Made by a program: the position numbers and the translations under genes
The notes under the pieces: model-generated
The model's input: only the letters and a program-made list of their open reading frames with translations
Databases searched by the model: none
What the model was told of the DNA's origin: nothing
Shown here: positions 8,976 to 17,533 of the stretch, one piece after another
How positions within the stretch are numbered: the stretch's first letter is position 1
Layout of the letters: every line of letters begins with the position of its first letter
Assembly (NCBI GenBank): GCA_026713605.1
Contig: JAPOOC010000010.1
Coordinates: 10,556-74,555 of the forward strand
Length of the DNA stretch: 64,000 nt
Direction: 5' to 3'
DNA from: Candidatus Kaiserbacteria bacterium
GTDB lineage: Bacteria; Patescibacteriota; Minisyncoccia; Phycocordibacterales; JABAAK01

Positions 8976-9057
8976 CTGATTGTTTGAGTGATCATTGAGC
9001 ATTTTTTGACTTATGGGCGTTTGCTGGTTGGGTTTGGTTGTATGGTGTTGGTGTGGG

Positions 9058-9129
9058 CGGAGAGTGGTGTAACGGTAACATACACGATTCGGGTTCGTGT
9101 GACTCCGGGTTCGAATCCCGGCTCTCCGA
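9058..9129 (+). tRNA. tRNA-Pro (anticodon CGG), no encoded CCA
   Basis: Acceptor CGGAGAG/CTCTCCG, anticodon stem CACGA/TCGTG, loop TTCGGGT, T-arm GGTTCGAATCC. Confidence 0.75.
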
Positions 9130-9327
9130 TGCCTGGCAAGGTTCAGATTCATACCATATGTTGTTGTTTGTATCGTTCCGCTGTATACCCTTTTGTTTTT
9201 GTGATTTTTTATATAATTTATTTATATTTTTGTCAAGTTTTTTCACCCCTTGCACTATTGAGGAAAATTGGTGTACTATATAGGTGTCGCCTGTAGGCGA
9301 CTGATTATCAACTAAACGAAACATTTT

Positions 9328-9405
9328 ATGTTTACTATCATGAACCAGGCACCTGGTGGAGACGACAGCGAAGACAACAACAAGATGCCAAGTGACAACA
9401 GCTAG
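9328..9405 (+). CDS. possible 25-aa acidic micropeptide (MFTIMNQAPGGDDSEDNNKMPSDNS), speculative
   Basis: Short ORF in an otherwise gene-free 390-bp spacer; a strong terminator follows; no homology is recognised. Confidence 0.2.
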   Translation: MFTIMNQAPGGDDSEDNNKMPSDNS

Positions 9406-9437
9406 TTTAATTCGACCTACAGAATAGTTTATTCACA

Positions 9438-9470
9438 AAAGCGGAGCGCAATGCTCCGCTTTTGTGTTTT
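9438..9470 (+). terminator. rho-independent terminator
   Basis: Stem GCGGAGC/GCTCCGC, loop GCAAT, flanked by AAA and a TTTTGTGTTTT tail. Confidence 0.65.
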
Positions 9471-9516
9471 AAGTATTCTCTGTATACGCTATACTGCTTA
9501 TGTTCAGTTATGTTCA

Positions 9517-9587
9517 GCGGGCGTAGTTTAGTGGTAGAACATCCGCCTTCCAAGCGGAAAACGAGAGTTCGATTCTCTCCGCCCGCA
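9517..9587 (+). tRNA. tRNA-Gly (anticodon TCC), no encoded CCA
   Basis: Acceptor GCGGGCG/CGCCCGC, anticodon stem TCCGC/GCGGA, loop CTTCCAA, T-arm GAGAGTTCGATTCTCTC. Confidence 0.85.
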
Positions 9588-9692
9588 CATCAGAAAATAT
9601 CTTGCGGTATGCTCCTTTGCTTGTGCAGACCTCTTTGTCTGCAACGCGATTTATCATGTACCCCTCCCTTGACTGTGTGGGTTTGAGGCACT

Positions 9693-11144
9693 TTGAAACT
9701 TTTGTTGACAGTGGCGGTGTTTGGCGGGTATACTGGCACATACATGCGTGTGGTTACAAAACAATTACAACCAGAAAGTCCAGAAGTGATTGTCTATTCG
9801 TTTCATGAGAACAATTTTTTGAGTGGATTGAAGATGCTTAATGCGTCCCTGGCAGTAGTCGCAGAGCGGAAAGGGCTGCAGGGAGAGGTCGGTGATGTTG
9901 TTATCGGCATGAATTCTGATAATGTTTATATCTATTGTGTTGTTGCTGGCTCTGGTGGCGCGAAAACAAGGAGTGCTGGTGGCTCTTGCGCTGCGTGGGC
10001 AATGGAGGAGCGGATAAAAACAGTGGAAATGGTGGAAGGAGTGCCTGAGGATTTTGTGGAAGGATTTATGTTGCGTAACTATGTGTTTTCTGAGTATAAA
10101 ACAGTCGCTAAGACAAAGAAGGTGCCGGTGCGAGTGGTTTTGACAGCGCAGTCGTTTCCACAGGGGCGGGTATATGGCGTGCAAGCTAATCACATCGCAC
10201 GCGACCTCATGAATGAACCACCTAATACTCTACATCCCCCTCGGTACGCCGAAAGAATACAGACACTTTTTGCTGATACAGCGGTTTCTGTTGAGGTGCT
10301 CGGAGAAGAAACCTTGAGGCAGATTGGCATGTGTGCACTACTTGCGGTTGGGCAAGGGTCATCGCAAGAGAGTAAGGTTGTCATTATGCGCTGGAACGGT
10401 GGGCAGGACACTCGTACTGTTGATCTCGCGCTCGTTGGGAAGGGGATTACCTTTGATACGGGGGGCATATCTCTCAAGCCGAGTGATAGGATGGATGAGA
10501 TGCGGTGGGATATGGGTGGATCGGCGGCGGTTGTCAGTGCCTTGCATGCTGCGGCGAAGAGTGGGATGCAGCAAAACATTGTTGGGGTGGTTGGCTTGGT
10601 TGAGAACATGCCGGATGGAAACTCCTATAGGCCTGGGGATATTGTTACCAGTATGTCAGGGAAAACAATAGAAATTATTAATACGGATGCTGAGGGACGG
10701 ATGGTGCTTGCTGATGCGCTTTGGTATGTGCAGGAACAATTCTCACCTCGTGAAATTATTGATTTTGCCACGCTCACCGGTGCGGTCGTTGTTGCACTTG
10801 GTACCGAGTATGGTGGGCTTTTTTCAAACAATTCTGCGTTTGCGGAGCGATTGGTGCGTGCTGGTGAAAAATCTGGTGAGTTGGTGTGGCAGATGCCGAT
10901 TCACGACAATTATCTGGAGCGCATGCAATCACGCACTGCTGATTTGCGTAATACGAGCATCTTGCGAGGTGACTCGGGTGCCGGGACTGCGGCGGCGTTT
11001 CTCCGTGCATTTGTGAAAAAGGAATCTGTATGGGCGCACATTGATATTGCTGGCTGTGCACTTCCTTCTAAGCATAACAAGCTCGCAGGAGGAGATCCGA
11101 GTGGTTTTGGCGCTCGTTTTGTTCACGCCTACCTCACTGGGTAG
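9693..11144 (+). CDS. pepA: leucyl aminopeptidase (peptidase M17)
   Basis: NTDAEGRMVLADAL M17 signature; the track ORF starts at 9693, but an internal Met at 9744 is an alternative start. Confidence 0.85.
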   Translation: MKLLLTVAVFGGYTGTYMRVVTKQLQPESPEVIVYSFHENNFLSGLKMLNASLAVVAERKGLQGEVGDVVIGMNSDNVYIYCVVAGSGGAKTRSAGGSCAAWAMEERIKTVEMVEGVPEDFVEGFMLRNYVFSEYKTVAKTKKVPVRVVLTAQSFPQGRVYGVQANHIARDLMNEPPNTLHPPRYAERIQTLFADTAVSVEVLGEETLRQIGMCALLAVGQGSSQESKVVIMRWNGGQDTRTVDLALVGKGITFDTGGISLKPSDRMDEMRWDMGGSAAVVSALHAAAKSGMQQNIVGVVGLVENMPDGNSYRPGDIVTSMSGKTIEIINTDAEGRMVLADALWYVQEQFSPREIIDFATLTGAVVVALGTEYGGLFSNNSAFAERLVRAGEKSGELVWQMPIHDNYLERMQSRTADLRNTSILRGDSGAGTAAAFLRAFVKKESVWAHIDIAGCALPSKHNKLAGGDPSGFGARFVHAYLTG

Positions 11145-11165
11145 TGGTGTGCTGCCGCGCTTCTG

Positions 11166-12839
11166 CTACTTCGGCTCAATGAGAAGGTGTAGTGTTGTTT
11201 CTTTTGGGAGTGCCCAGAGGAAAGTGCTGAGGCGAGGACCGCTGTTTTGGGTAATGAGGAGTTGGTAGAGGTGTTTAAAAAAGGATCGTTGCGCTTTTTT
11301 GAGTTCCTTTTCGTCGGTGTGTTCTTTTTTTGGTAGGGAATAGAGGTGTTCTTCCAGATTGTGTACTGTTGCCTTTGGATTTTCTTGTAGGTAGGTATAG
11401 AGGTTTTTTATGTGCCCCCTGTTTTCGTTATCCACTGCTTTCCAATGCGTGGTGTTTGGTTCTTTGCGGACGGTGATAACTGCCTCTCTGTTGTATTCGG
11501 TCAACCACGCCCTTGCTTTTGGAAGGCGGGACTGTATTGATTGCGTATCAAAAAAGAGCTGTGATGCTTTGAGTATCATCTGCAGCTTACTCTTGTCCCA
11601 CTGCGCTATCTGCGCCAGTCCAGTAAGGTTGCGAAAGGATATAGGGTTTTTGTAGGCGCTGCGTGCGCATATGTCTTTGACCGCCTTGACAATTTGTTCT
11701 TCTGTGTTATTTTCTTTTGTGTTTCTCTGAAATAATTTTATAAAGAAGTTTTTTTGCTGCTTTGTAAACACGCTGTCCATCTCGTCATACTGGCGGTATA
11801 CCTCGGTGTCAAAGGCGAGTGAGAAGGTTTGAGAGGGAAGTCGGCGAAGATACATCCAGAGGAGCAGTGCTGGCTCGTAGATAGCAAGAAGAGTGTTGGG
11901 GGTAATTGCTACACCCTTTGAGCCGGACATTTTGGTTGAGCCGCCTTGTATGCCGACAAAGCCGTATTCGGTAAATACCGGCGGCTCAATATTAAATATC
12001 TTCTTTGCGATTGTTGCGGACACATCGTAGCTGCCGCCTGGTGCTGCGTGGTCGCTACCACCTGGCTCAAAACAGACCTCTTCATATTTCCAGCGCATTG
12101 CCCAATCTACCTTCCAGTTGAGCTTTGCGATTCGTGTTTCTGCAAGATTTACTGCCTCCTCTTTTTTGGTTATTTTGCAGCGGTAACGAACTGTTTGTTT
12201 GCCATCGTAACTGAGTATCTCAGTTGCGTCTTTGCTGGTGAAGCGGGAATAGAGTGAGATAGGGAAGTACGATTCTCGGTACTCGCTATCCACAATACCC
12301 TTGTTCTTCTTTCCCTTTTCGGTCATAAAAGAAAGTAGTATATCAGCTATCTCTTTTCTTTTGCGGAGTGCATCAAAGAGGTGTTCGTCGTAAGTTCCTT
12401 CCTGATACAACTTTGTTTGATATTTATAGATTGGTTTGATGTTGAATGCCTCTAACCCTTTTTCAAACTCCTGCTGATAATATTCGGCGTATGATTTATT
12501 TTTTTCGTGTGGTGAGGGTATGTTTGAAAGTGCTTTGCCGATGTGTTCTTCGTATACAGGATCAATGTCTGCCGGCACCTTTCTGAAACGATCAAAGTCA
12601 TCCCACGAATAGATGAATTCCGCCCGCTTTCCCTTGTTTTGCAGTGCTTTTACTACTGCAAAGGTGGTAATAACCTCACGAAAGTTGCCGAAGTGAATTG
12701 GTCCGGATGGACTGATACCAGAGGCGCAGACGAATTTCTTCCTGTTTGGGTATTTTTTTATTAGATAGTCAGCAATACCGTCTGCCCAATACGCTGCTTT
12801 TCCGTATTCTTCTCCACTTATTCTGGTGCCATGCTTCAT
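11166..12839 (-). CDS. lysK: lysine--tRNA ligase, class I (archaeal-type LysRS)
   Basis: 557 aa; SPSGPIHFGNFRE (HxGN HIGH-type motif of class I LysRS) and STKMSGSKG (KMSKS-like). Confidence 0.7.
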   Translation of the reverse strand: MKHGTRISGEEYGKAAYWADGIADYLIKKYPNRKKFVCASGISPSGPIHFGNFREVITTFAVVKALQNKGKRAEFIYSWDDFDRFRKVPADIDPVYEEHIGKALSNIPSPHEKNKSYAEYYQQEFEKGLEAFNIKPIYKYQTKLYQEGTYDEHLFDALRKRKEIADILLSFMTEKGKKNKGIVDSEYRESYFPISLYSRFTSKDATEILSYDGKQTVRYRCKITKKEEAVNLAETRIAKLNWKVDWAMRWKYEEVCFEPGGSDHAAPGGSYDVSATIAKKIFNIEPPVFTEYGFVGIQGGSTKMSGSKGVAITPNTLLAIYEPALLLWMYLRRLPSQTFSLAFDTEVYRQYDEMDSVFTKQQKNFFIKLFQRNTKENNTEEQIVKAVKDICARSAYKNPISFRNLTGLAQIAQWDKSKLQMILKASQLFFDTQSIQSRLPKARAWLTEYNREAVITVRKEPNTTHWKAVDNENRGHIKNLYTYLQENPKATVHNLEEHLYSLPKKEHTDEKELKKAQRSFFKHLYQLLITQNSGPRLSTFLWALPKETTLHLLIEPK

Positions 12840-12916
12840 ATAGGTAGTGTATCACGGTGGATTTGTTTGTGCATACAAAAAGATTGCCCCGAGCAGATGC
12901 TCGGGGCGTAGTTAGG

Positions 12917-13321
12917 TTAGCGACGGCGCTTGGTCCGTCGCGTTGTCCGCTCCTCCACCCGTTCGGTGGCGGTGGAGCGGGAGCGGACAGTGCGACGATC
13001 TGGGGCTTGCCGCACCGTTCGGCTCACCCGCTTCCGGCGGGTGATTTCGGACGACCAACCATTGGTCGTCTGCACCCGCCGCGGGGCGGCGGGTGCATAT
13101 TGGGTGTGGTGGTGGTTGGAGGAATAATTCCTCTCCACCACCACTGTCCGATAGTACGAACGATGGTGGTGGTAACCACAGCCGTAGCTGTGGCAGTGGC
13201 CACACCACACCTCGGCGGTGTGGTGATGACGGTACGGGCTCTCCCGTATTACCACCGTACATCCCGATAGTAGCGGCAGCATAACTACCGCCACTGCGGT
13301 TAGGAAAAATCTTACTTTCAT
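12917..13321 (-). CDS. His-rich lipoprotein, hypothetical (possible metal-binding)
   Basis: AGGAGG SD then MKVRFFLTAVAVVMLPLLSGC lipobox. Mature region is His/Tyr/Cys-rich (HHHTAEVWCGHCHSYGCGYHHHRSYY...SSNHHHT). The start is moved from the track ORF (13363) to the lipoprotein-signal Met. Confidence 0.5.
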   Translation of the reverse strand: MKVRFFLTAVAVVMLPLLSGCTVVIRESPYRHHHTAEVWCGHCHSYGCGYHHHRSYYRTVVVERNYSSNHHHTQYAPAAPRRVQTTNGWSSEITRRKRVSRTVRQAPDRRTVRSRSTATERVEERTTRRTKRRR

Positions 13322-13402
13322 GATTTTTCCTCCTTTTTTTTTTAGATTTTGGTGCAAGAGCACCTATTCTAAATTATACAATATAACTATAATTTTGTCA
13401 AT

Positions 13403-13477
13403 GCACGCCCGGTAGGACTTGAACCCACAACCTCCCGGTCCGAAGCCGGACGCTCTATCCAATTGAGCTACGGGCGC
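13403..13477 (-). tRNA. tRNA-Arg (anticodon TCG), no encoded CCA
   Basis: Minus-strand cloverleaf: acceptor GCGCCCG (G1-U72 wobble), anticodon stem TCCGG/CCGGG, loop CTTCGGA, T-arm GTGGGTTCAAGTCCTAC. Confidence 0.65.
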
Positions 13478-13529
13478 TTGGTAGAATTGTAGCACGGAGA
13501 TAGGTTGCTACTGACTACTGATCGTTTCA

Positions 13530-13612
13530 GTGGCGGAATTGGCTGTGCCCAGAAGAGGGCTTGAACCTCCACGAGATTGCTCTCATACGCTCCTGAAGCG
13601 TACGCGTCTACC
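13530..13612 (-). pseudogene. partial tandem duplicate of the tRNA-Leu 3' two-thirds (from the D-loop GGTAGACGCG to the 3' end, plus ~17 nt downstream)
   Basis: 83-bp unit 97% identical to 13656..13738. It lacks the 5' acceptor/D-stem half, so it cannot fold into a complete tRNA. Confidence 0.6.
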
Positions 13613-13671
13613 CGTGCCGGCAATCTCTGATTGACGCTGACTATCAGACGCCACGGTGGCGGAATTGGCTG

Positions 13672-13755
13672 TGCCCAGAAGAGGACTTGAACCTCCACGA
13701 GATTACTCTCATACGCTCCTGAAGCGTACGCGTCTACCAATTCCGCCACCTGGGC
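13672..13755 (-). tRNA. tRNA-Leu (anticodon CAG), long variable arm, no encoded CCA
   Basis: Minus strand GCCCAGGTGGCGGAATTGGTAGACGCG...TTCAGGA...GGTTCAAGTCCTCTTCTGGGCA; strong similarity to canonical bacterial tRNA-Leu. Confidence 0.8.
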
Positions 13756-13829
13756 TACACAGGAAGTATACCGTATTGGCACTTTTGCCTTATCTTTTGA
13801 CGACAGCGGGGTATATACTGTTGGTAAGT

Positions 13830-15320
13830 ATGGCTGAAAAAAATACGCTTTCTTTGTCGGTGCCCGAATTCGCTGTGGAAGTTGCACAAACTCTGCACAG
13901 TGCCGGGTTTGAAGTGTACCTTGTTGGTGGCTGTGTTCGCGGGTTGATTATGGGGCGAGAAGTTGCTGATTGGGATTTTACGACGAATGCCACACCGGGG
14001 CAGATACAAGGTCTTTTTGAACACACCGTATATGAAAACGATTTTGGTACGGTTGGGGTTGTATTGGATGGTGTGCCTGATGGCGACAGCGAGCATACAG
14101 TCGTTGAGGTTACTCCGTATCGCAAGGAAAAAGGGTATAGCGATAATCGGCGTCCGGATGCAGTGGTATTTTGTGACTCTCTTGATGAGGATCTGTCACG
14201 ACGAGATTTCACCATTAATGCGCTGGCGTACAATCCGGTAACAGAGGAGTTGGTTGACCGGTACGGTGGCATTGCTGATCTCCACCTCGGTGTCATACGG
14301 ACTGTCGGTGATCCCGCAGAGCGGTTTGAGGAGGATGCGTTGCGACTGATGCGCGCAGTGCGAATTGCTACACAGCTGCATGGCAGTGTTGAGGAGAGAA
14401 CCCTACAGGTTATACAGGAGAAATCTGACGCCCTTACCTCTGTCGCACCTGAACGAATACGGGATGAGTTTCTGAAGCTTATTATGGCTGATGTGCCTGA
14501 TACTGGTATACGATTGCTCCTACAGACCGGACTGTTGACACATATCATTCCTGAACTTCTACAAGGGGATGGCGTCGAGCAAAGCCAGGCGCACCGGTAT
14601 GATGTGTTAGAGCACAACATTCGGACACTTGCGCACAGTGGAGTGAAGCAATTTCGTCTTGAGGTTCGACTTGCTGCACTGCTGCATGACATCGGCAAGC
14701 CAAAGACCCGGGAATGGCATGAAGAACGAGGGGATTGGTCATTTCATGCGCACGAGGTCGTTGGCGCACGGATGGTGAAGAAGATATTGCAGCGACTGAA
14801 ATTCTCAAAAGAAGTTGTTGACACCGTTACACTGTTTGTCCGGTGGCACATGTTTTTCTCTGACCCTGACAAGGTTTCCCTCTCTGGAGTGCGGCGGATG
14901 GTTGCGCGAGTTGGCGAGCAGCATATTTGGGATTTGATTGATTTGCGGATGTGTGACCGTATTGGTACTGGCAGGCCAAAGGAGCAACCATATCGTTTGC
15001 GAAAGTATGTTTCGTTGGTGGAGGAAGTGTTGCGGGAGCCCGTTACCCCCGGCACACTTGTTATAAATGGTACGATGTTGATGCAAGGGATTGGTCTGAA
15101 ACCCGGACCAAAGATTGGGCATGTTCTCCACATCCTGCTTGCAGAAGTGCTGGATGACCCTGAGAAAAATGTTGTGGATATATTGCTTGCGCGTGCAAAA
15201 GAGTTGTTGCAACTGTCTGAAAAAGATCTCGCCATACTTGGCAAGAAGGGGAAGGTGCGTCGGTTTGAGGAGGAGGAAGGGCAGGTGGCAGAGATACGAA
15301 GGAAATATAGAGTTGACTGA
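13830..15320 (+). CDS. cca: CCA-adding tRNA nucleotidyltransferase with HD domain
   Basis: GGCVRG...DWDFTT pol-beta NT motif, the following RRDFTINA block and HDIGK HD motif; an N-terminal start at MAEKNT fits the downstream tRNA; all tRNAs in the window lack an encoded CCA. Confidence 0.8.
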   Translation: MAEKNTLSLSVPEFAVEVAQTLHSAGFEVYLVGGCVRGLIMGREVADWDFTTNATPGQIQGLFEHTVYENDFGTVGVVLDGVPDGDSEHTVVEVTPYRKEKGYSDNRRPDAVVFCDSLDEDLSRRDFTINALAYNPVTEELVDRYGGIADLHLGVIRTVGDPAERFEEDALRLMRAVRIATQLHGSVEERTLQVIQEKSDALTSVAPERIRDEFLKLIMADVPDTGIRLLLQTGLLTHIIPELLQGDGVEQSQAHRYDVLEHNIRTLAHSGVKQFRLEVRLAALLHDIGKPKTREWHEERGDWSFHAHEVVGARMVKKILQRLKFSKEVVDTVTLFVRWHMFFSDPDKVSLSGVRRMVARVGEQHIWDLIDLRMCDRIGTGRPKEQPYRLRKYVSLVEEVLREPVTPGTLVINGTMLMQGIGLKPGPKIGHVLHILLAEVLDDPEKNVVDILLARAKELLQLSEKDLAILGKKGKVRRFEEEEGQVAEIRRKYRVD

Positions 15321-15367
15321 CTTTTGTTTTATGTGGGGTGGTGCGGGTGTGTTGTATACTGCCCTTG

Positions 15368-15778
15368 ATGGAGGAAACTATTTTTCAGAAAATTATTTCA
15401 GGAGAAGTGCCAGCTGATACGGTGTATGAGACGGATCGGGTGTTGGCGTTTTTGGATATTAAGCCGGTGCACAAAGGCCACACTTTGGTGATACCGAAAA
15501 CGGCGGTGCAGGATATTTTTACACTCGGTGATGAAGATGCGGGTTACCTTATGCGGGCAATTGTGGTGGTAGCGAATGCGGTCAAGCAGGTGACTGCTGC
15601 GCAAGGAATAAATGTTATTGCCAACAATGGTTCAGCGGCGGGGCAAGAGGGCTTTCATTTGCATTTTCATATCATTCCACGCTTTGCAAGAGGGGAGTTT
15701 CACCCATTACCACACACGGCGTATGCAAGTGACGACGAGCGAGTTGAGTTTGCACAAAAAATTGCATCGGTGATGTAG
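15368..15778 (+). CDS. HIT family (histidine triad) nucleotide hydrolase
   Basis: GFHLHFHIIPR HxHxHxx motif. The start is moved from the track ORF (15338) to the internal MEETIF Met. Confidence 0.75.
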   Translation: MEETIFQKIISGEVPADTVYETDRVLAFLDIKPVHKGHTLVIPKTAVQDIFTLGDEDAGYLMRAIVVVANAVKQVTAAQGINVIANNGSAAGQEGFHLHFHIIPRFARGEFHPLPHTAYASDDERVEFAQKIASVM

Positions 15779-15784
15779 TAACCC

Positions 15785-16351
15785 TCATATCGTTACTGCG
15801 CCTTGTCGCAGTATTTTTATCGTATCCCCGCGAGCATCAACCACCGTGCTTGCCGGTCCGTGTAACACCCCACCATCAATCGCCAGTGCGATACCGTTCG
15901 ATAGTTGTTGCAGGATGTCACTGATTGTGTTCGGATCTTTTTCTCCACTGATGTTTGCGCTTGTTGCGGTGATTGGTCCGTATGTGGTGGCTAGTGTTCG
16001 GCAAAACTCGTTGTCCGGTATGCGTACGCCAATTGTTTCTCCTGTGTTTTTTTTGCTTTCCAAAATAATAGTGAGTTTACCCGGTAGATATTTCACTAAT
16101 GATTTGGCAACATCTGTTATCTTGGCATGGTGGCTCACTTGCTCAAGGTCGGAAAAAATATATGCTATCTTTTTTTCTTGTGACCGCTGCTTCAATGTGA
16201 ATAATTTTTCTATCGCTTTCGACTGCTGTGGATCAGCGCCGAGTGCGTAGAGGGTGTCAGTTGGGTATACGATTACCTTACCCGCAGCAAGTGTTTCGCA
16301 TATTTCCTCAATTGGTGCCTCTTGCTCAGTATAGATAATTGGTTCGCTCAT
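15785..16351 (-). CDS. tsaC: L-threonylcarbamoyladenylate synthase (YrdC/TsaC family)
   Basis: VIVYPTDTLYALGADP YrdC signature; 188 aa. Confidence 0.75.
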   Translation of the reverse strand: MSEPIIYTEQEAPIEEICETLAAGKVIVYPTDTLYALGADPQQSKAIEKLFTLKQRSQEKKIAYIFSDLEQVSHHAKITDVAKSLVKYLPGKLTIILESKKNTGETIGVRIPDNEFCRTLATTYGPITATSANISGEKDPNTISDILQQLSNGIALAIDGGVLHGPASTVVDARGDTIKILRQGAVTI

Positions 16352-16359
16352 ACTTTGTG

Positions 16360-16905
16360 CTATGCGTTGCTGTCGGCAATTCCTGCGATTGGCTTCCGTG
16401 GTGTTCGCTCTTCTGTTTTACCCGCCTCTTGTGTTGGCTTGCCAACAGCTATGGCAGCAAAAATCTCATACTCCTTTCTATCTATACTCAACTCATCGTA
16501 TGCGCGCCCTTCATCAAAGCCACCCATCGCATGTGCGCTGAGTCCAACGAGGTGTGCTTGTAGAGCGAGTGCCATCCACGCCGCACCTGTGTCAAATGCA
16601 TAGTGTCGGTTTTGTTCTCCTGTTTCACTGAGTGTTCGTTTTGCCGCTATAAAAAACAGTGTCCCGGTGTTTTTTGCCCATTCTTGGTTGCCATCAAAAA
16701 GTAGGTTAAGAAATTTCTTTCGCTGATTGTCGGTTTTCGGGTAGAAAAACTTCCACGGCTGCTCGTTATAGCTGGACGGTGTCCAGCGGGCTGCCTCAAG
16801 GAGGATGTTTATTTGCTCCTGCGTGAGGAGGGTGCCGTCGTACTCTCGACTGCTCCACCTGTCAACGAACTGTGGTGCAACCCCTTCTGTTTCAGTTTTT
16901 CTCAT
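16360..16905 (-). CDS. nitroreductase family protein
   Basis: FVDRWSSREY (RxSxRxF-like) and SSYNEQPWKFFY nitroreductase hallmark; the start is moved to MRKTETEG so that the palindromic operator-like site falls upstream. Confidence 0.7.
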   Translation of the reverse strand: MRKTETEGVAPQFVDRWSSREYDGTLLTQEQINILLEAARWTPSSYNEQPWKFFYPKTDNQRKKFLNLLFDGNQEWAKNTGTLFFIAAKRTLSETGEQNRHYAFDTGAAWMALALQAHLVGLSAHAMGGFDEGRAYDELSIDRKEYEIFAAIAVGKPTQEAGKTEERTPRKPIAGIADSNA

Positions 16906-16982
16906 TGCTTGTAGTATAGCAATGGTATTTGTTTCTGTGAAACAGGTGCATTGAAAACCTTGAAAGATGGCGTGGACTACCT

Positions 16983-17021
16983 CCGTGAAACGCGTGAAAC
17001 AGTGTTTCACGCGTTTCACGG
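16983..17021. promoter_or_regulatory. 39-bp near-perfect palindrome CCGTGAAACGCGTGAAACAgTGTTTCACGCGTTTCACGG in the divergent promoter region
   Basis: 19-bp arms are exact reverse complements. The arm CCGTGAAACGCGTGAAACA is identical to 8335..8353. It lies upstream of the nitroreductase gene. Confidence 0.7.
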
Positions 17022-17139
17022 AGTATTCCACAAACGCACCTTTGGTGGATTCAATAGGGGGTGCTTCTTACCTGCTATAGTGTTATTAGGATGTGGTGTG
17101 TTTTTTATCGTTTTTTTATGCTTTTGGGAGGGTTTTTAC

Positions 17140-17496
17140 ATGTATGTACTCATCAAATCAGAGGAGGGCTCTGAAGGGAGATTTGGGTTTTTCTTTTCCT
17201 CGAAGCCAAGTGGGCTGTTTCGGCGCGCTATGTATGAAATAAGGTTTCTTCTTTCCCGCTTTAGGTTTAGATATTACTGTGTACAGAAGGAAATTTATGC
17301 ATCGATGCGATCTCCGAGATTTCCAGTCCTGGTGTTGGAACGACCTATCCAAAAAAAAATCGGGGAAATGCTTCAAGGTTTTCATCAAGGGTGTGAAGCA
17401 GTTGTCGGGAGGTGGGACGATGAGTACTTTGTTATGTGCTCCAATGACAGCTCGCCGTGGAACCCTGGTGATATGGTCTCTGTGGAAAACTTGTAG
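17140..17496 (+). CDS. hypothetical protein (weak call)
   Basis: ORF downstream of the palindrome; the track ORF (16951..17496) starts inside the repeat; no domain is recognised. Confidence 0.2.
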   Translation: MYVLIKSEEGSEGRFGFFFSSKPSGLFRRAMYEIRFLLSRFRFRYYCVQKEIYASMRSPRFPVLVLERPIQKKIGEMLQGFHQGCEAVVGRWDDEYFVMCSNDSSPWNPGDMVSVENL

Positions 17497-17533
17497 TTGG
17501 TGAGCCGTGGATTTTTATATCTGCGGCTCTTTT

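Noticed and set aside
8992-9324. ORFs overlapping the two tRNA-Pro genes (8826..9152-, 8988..9296+, 8992..9324-)
   Set aside because: Overlap tRNA genes and each other; no coding signal.
12857-13284. Overlapping plus-strand ORFs (12857..13270, 12930..13127, 13093..13284) in the His-rich region
   Set aside because: The minus-strand frame has an SD, a lipoprotein signal and a coherent His-rich product; the plus-strand frames are Gly/Arg-rich artefacts of the GC-rich repeat-like sequence.
13790-14698. 302-aa minus-strand ORF inside cca
   Set aside because: Antisense to a well-supported cca gene; Ser/Arg-rich low-complexity translation.
16951-17139. 5' part of the 181-aa ORF at 16951
   Set aside because: It is translated through the 39-bp palindromic operator-like element; more likely non-coding promoter DNA.
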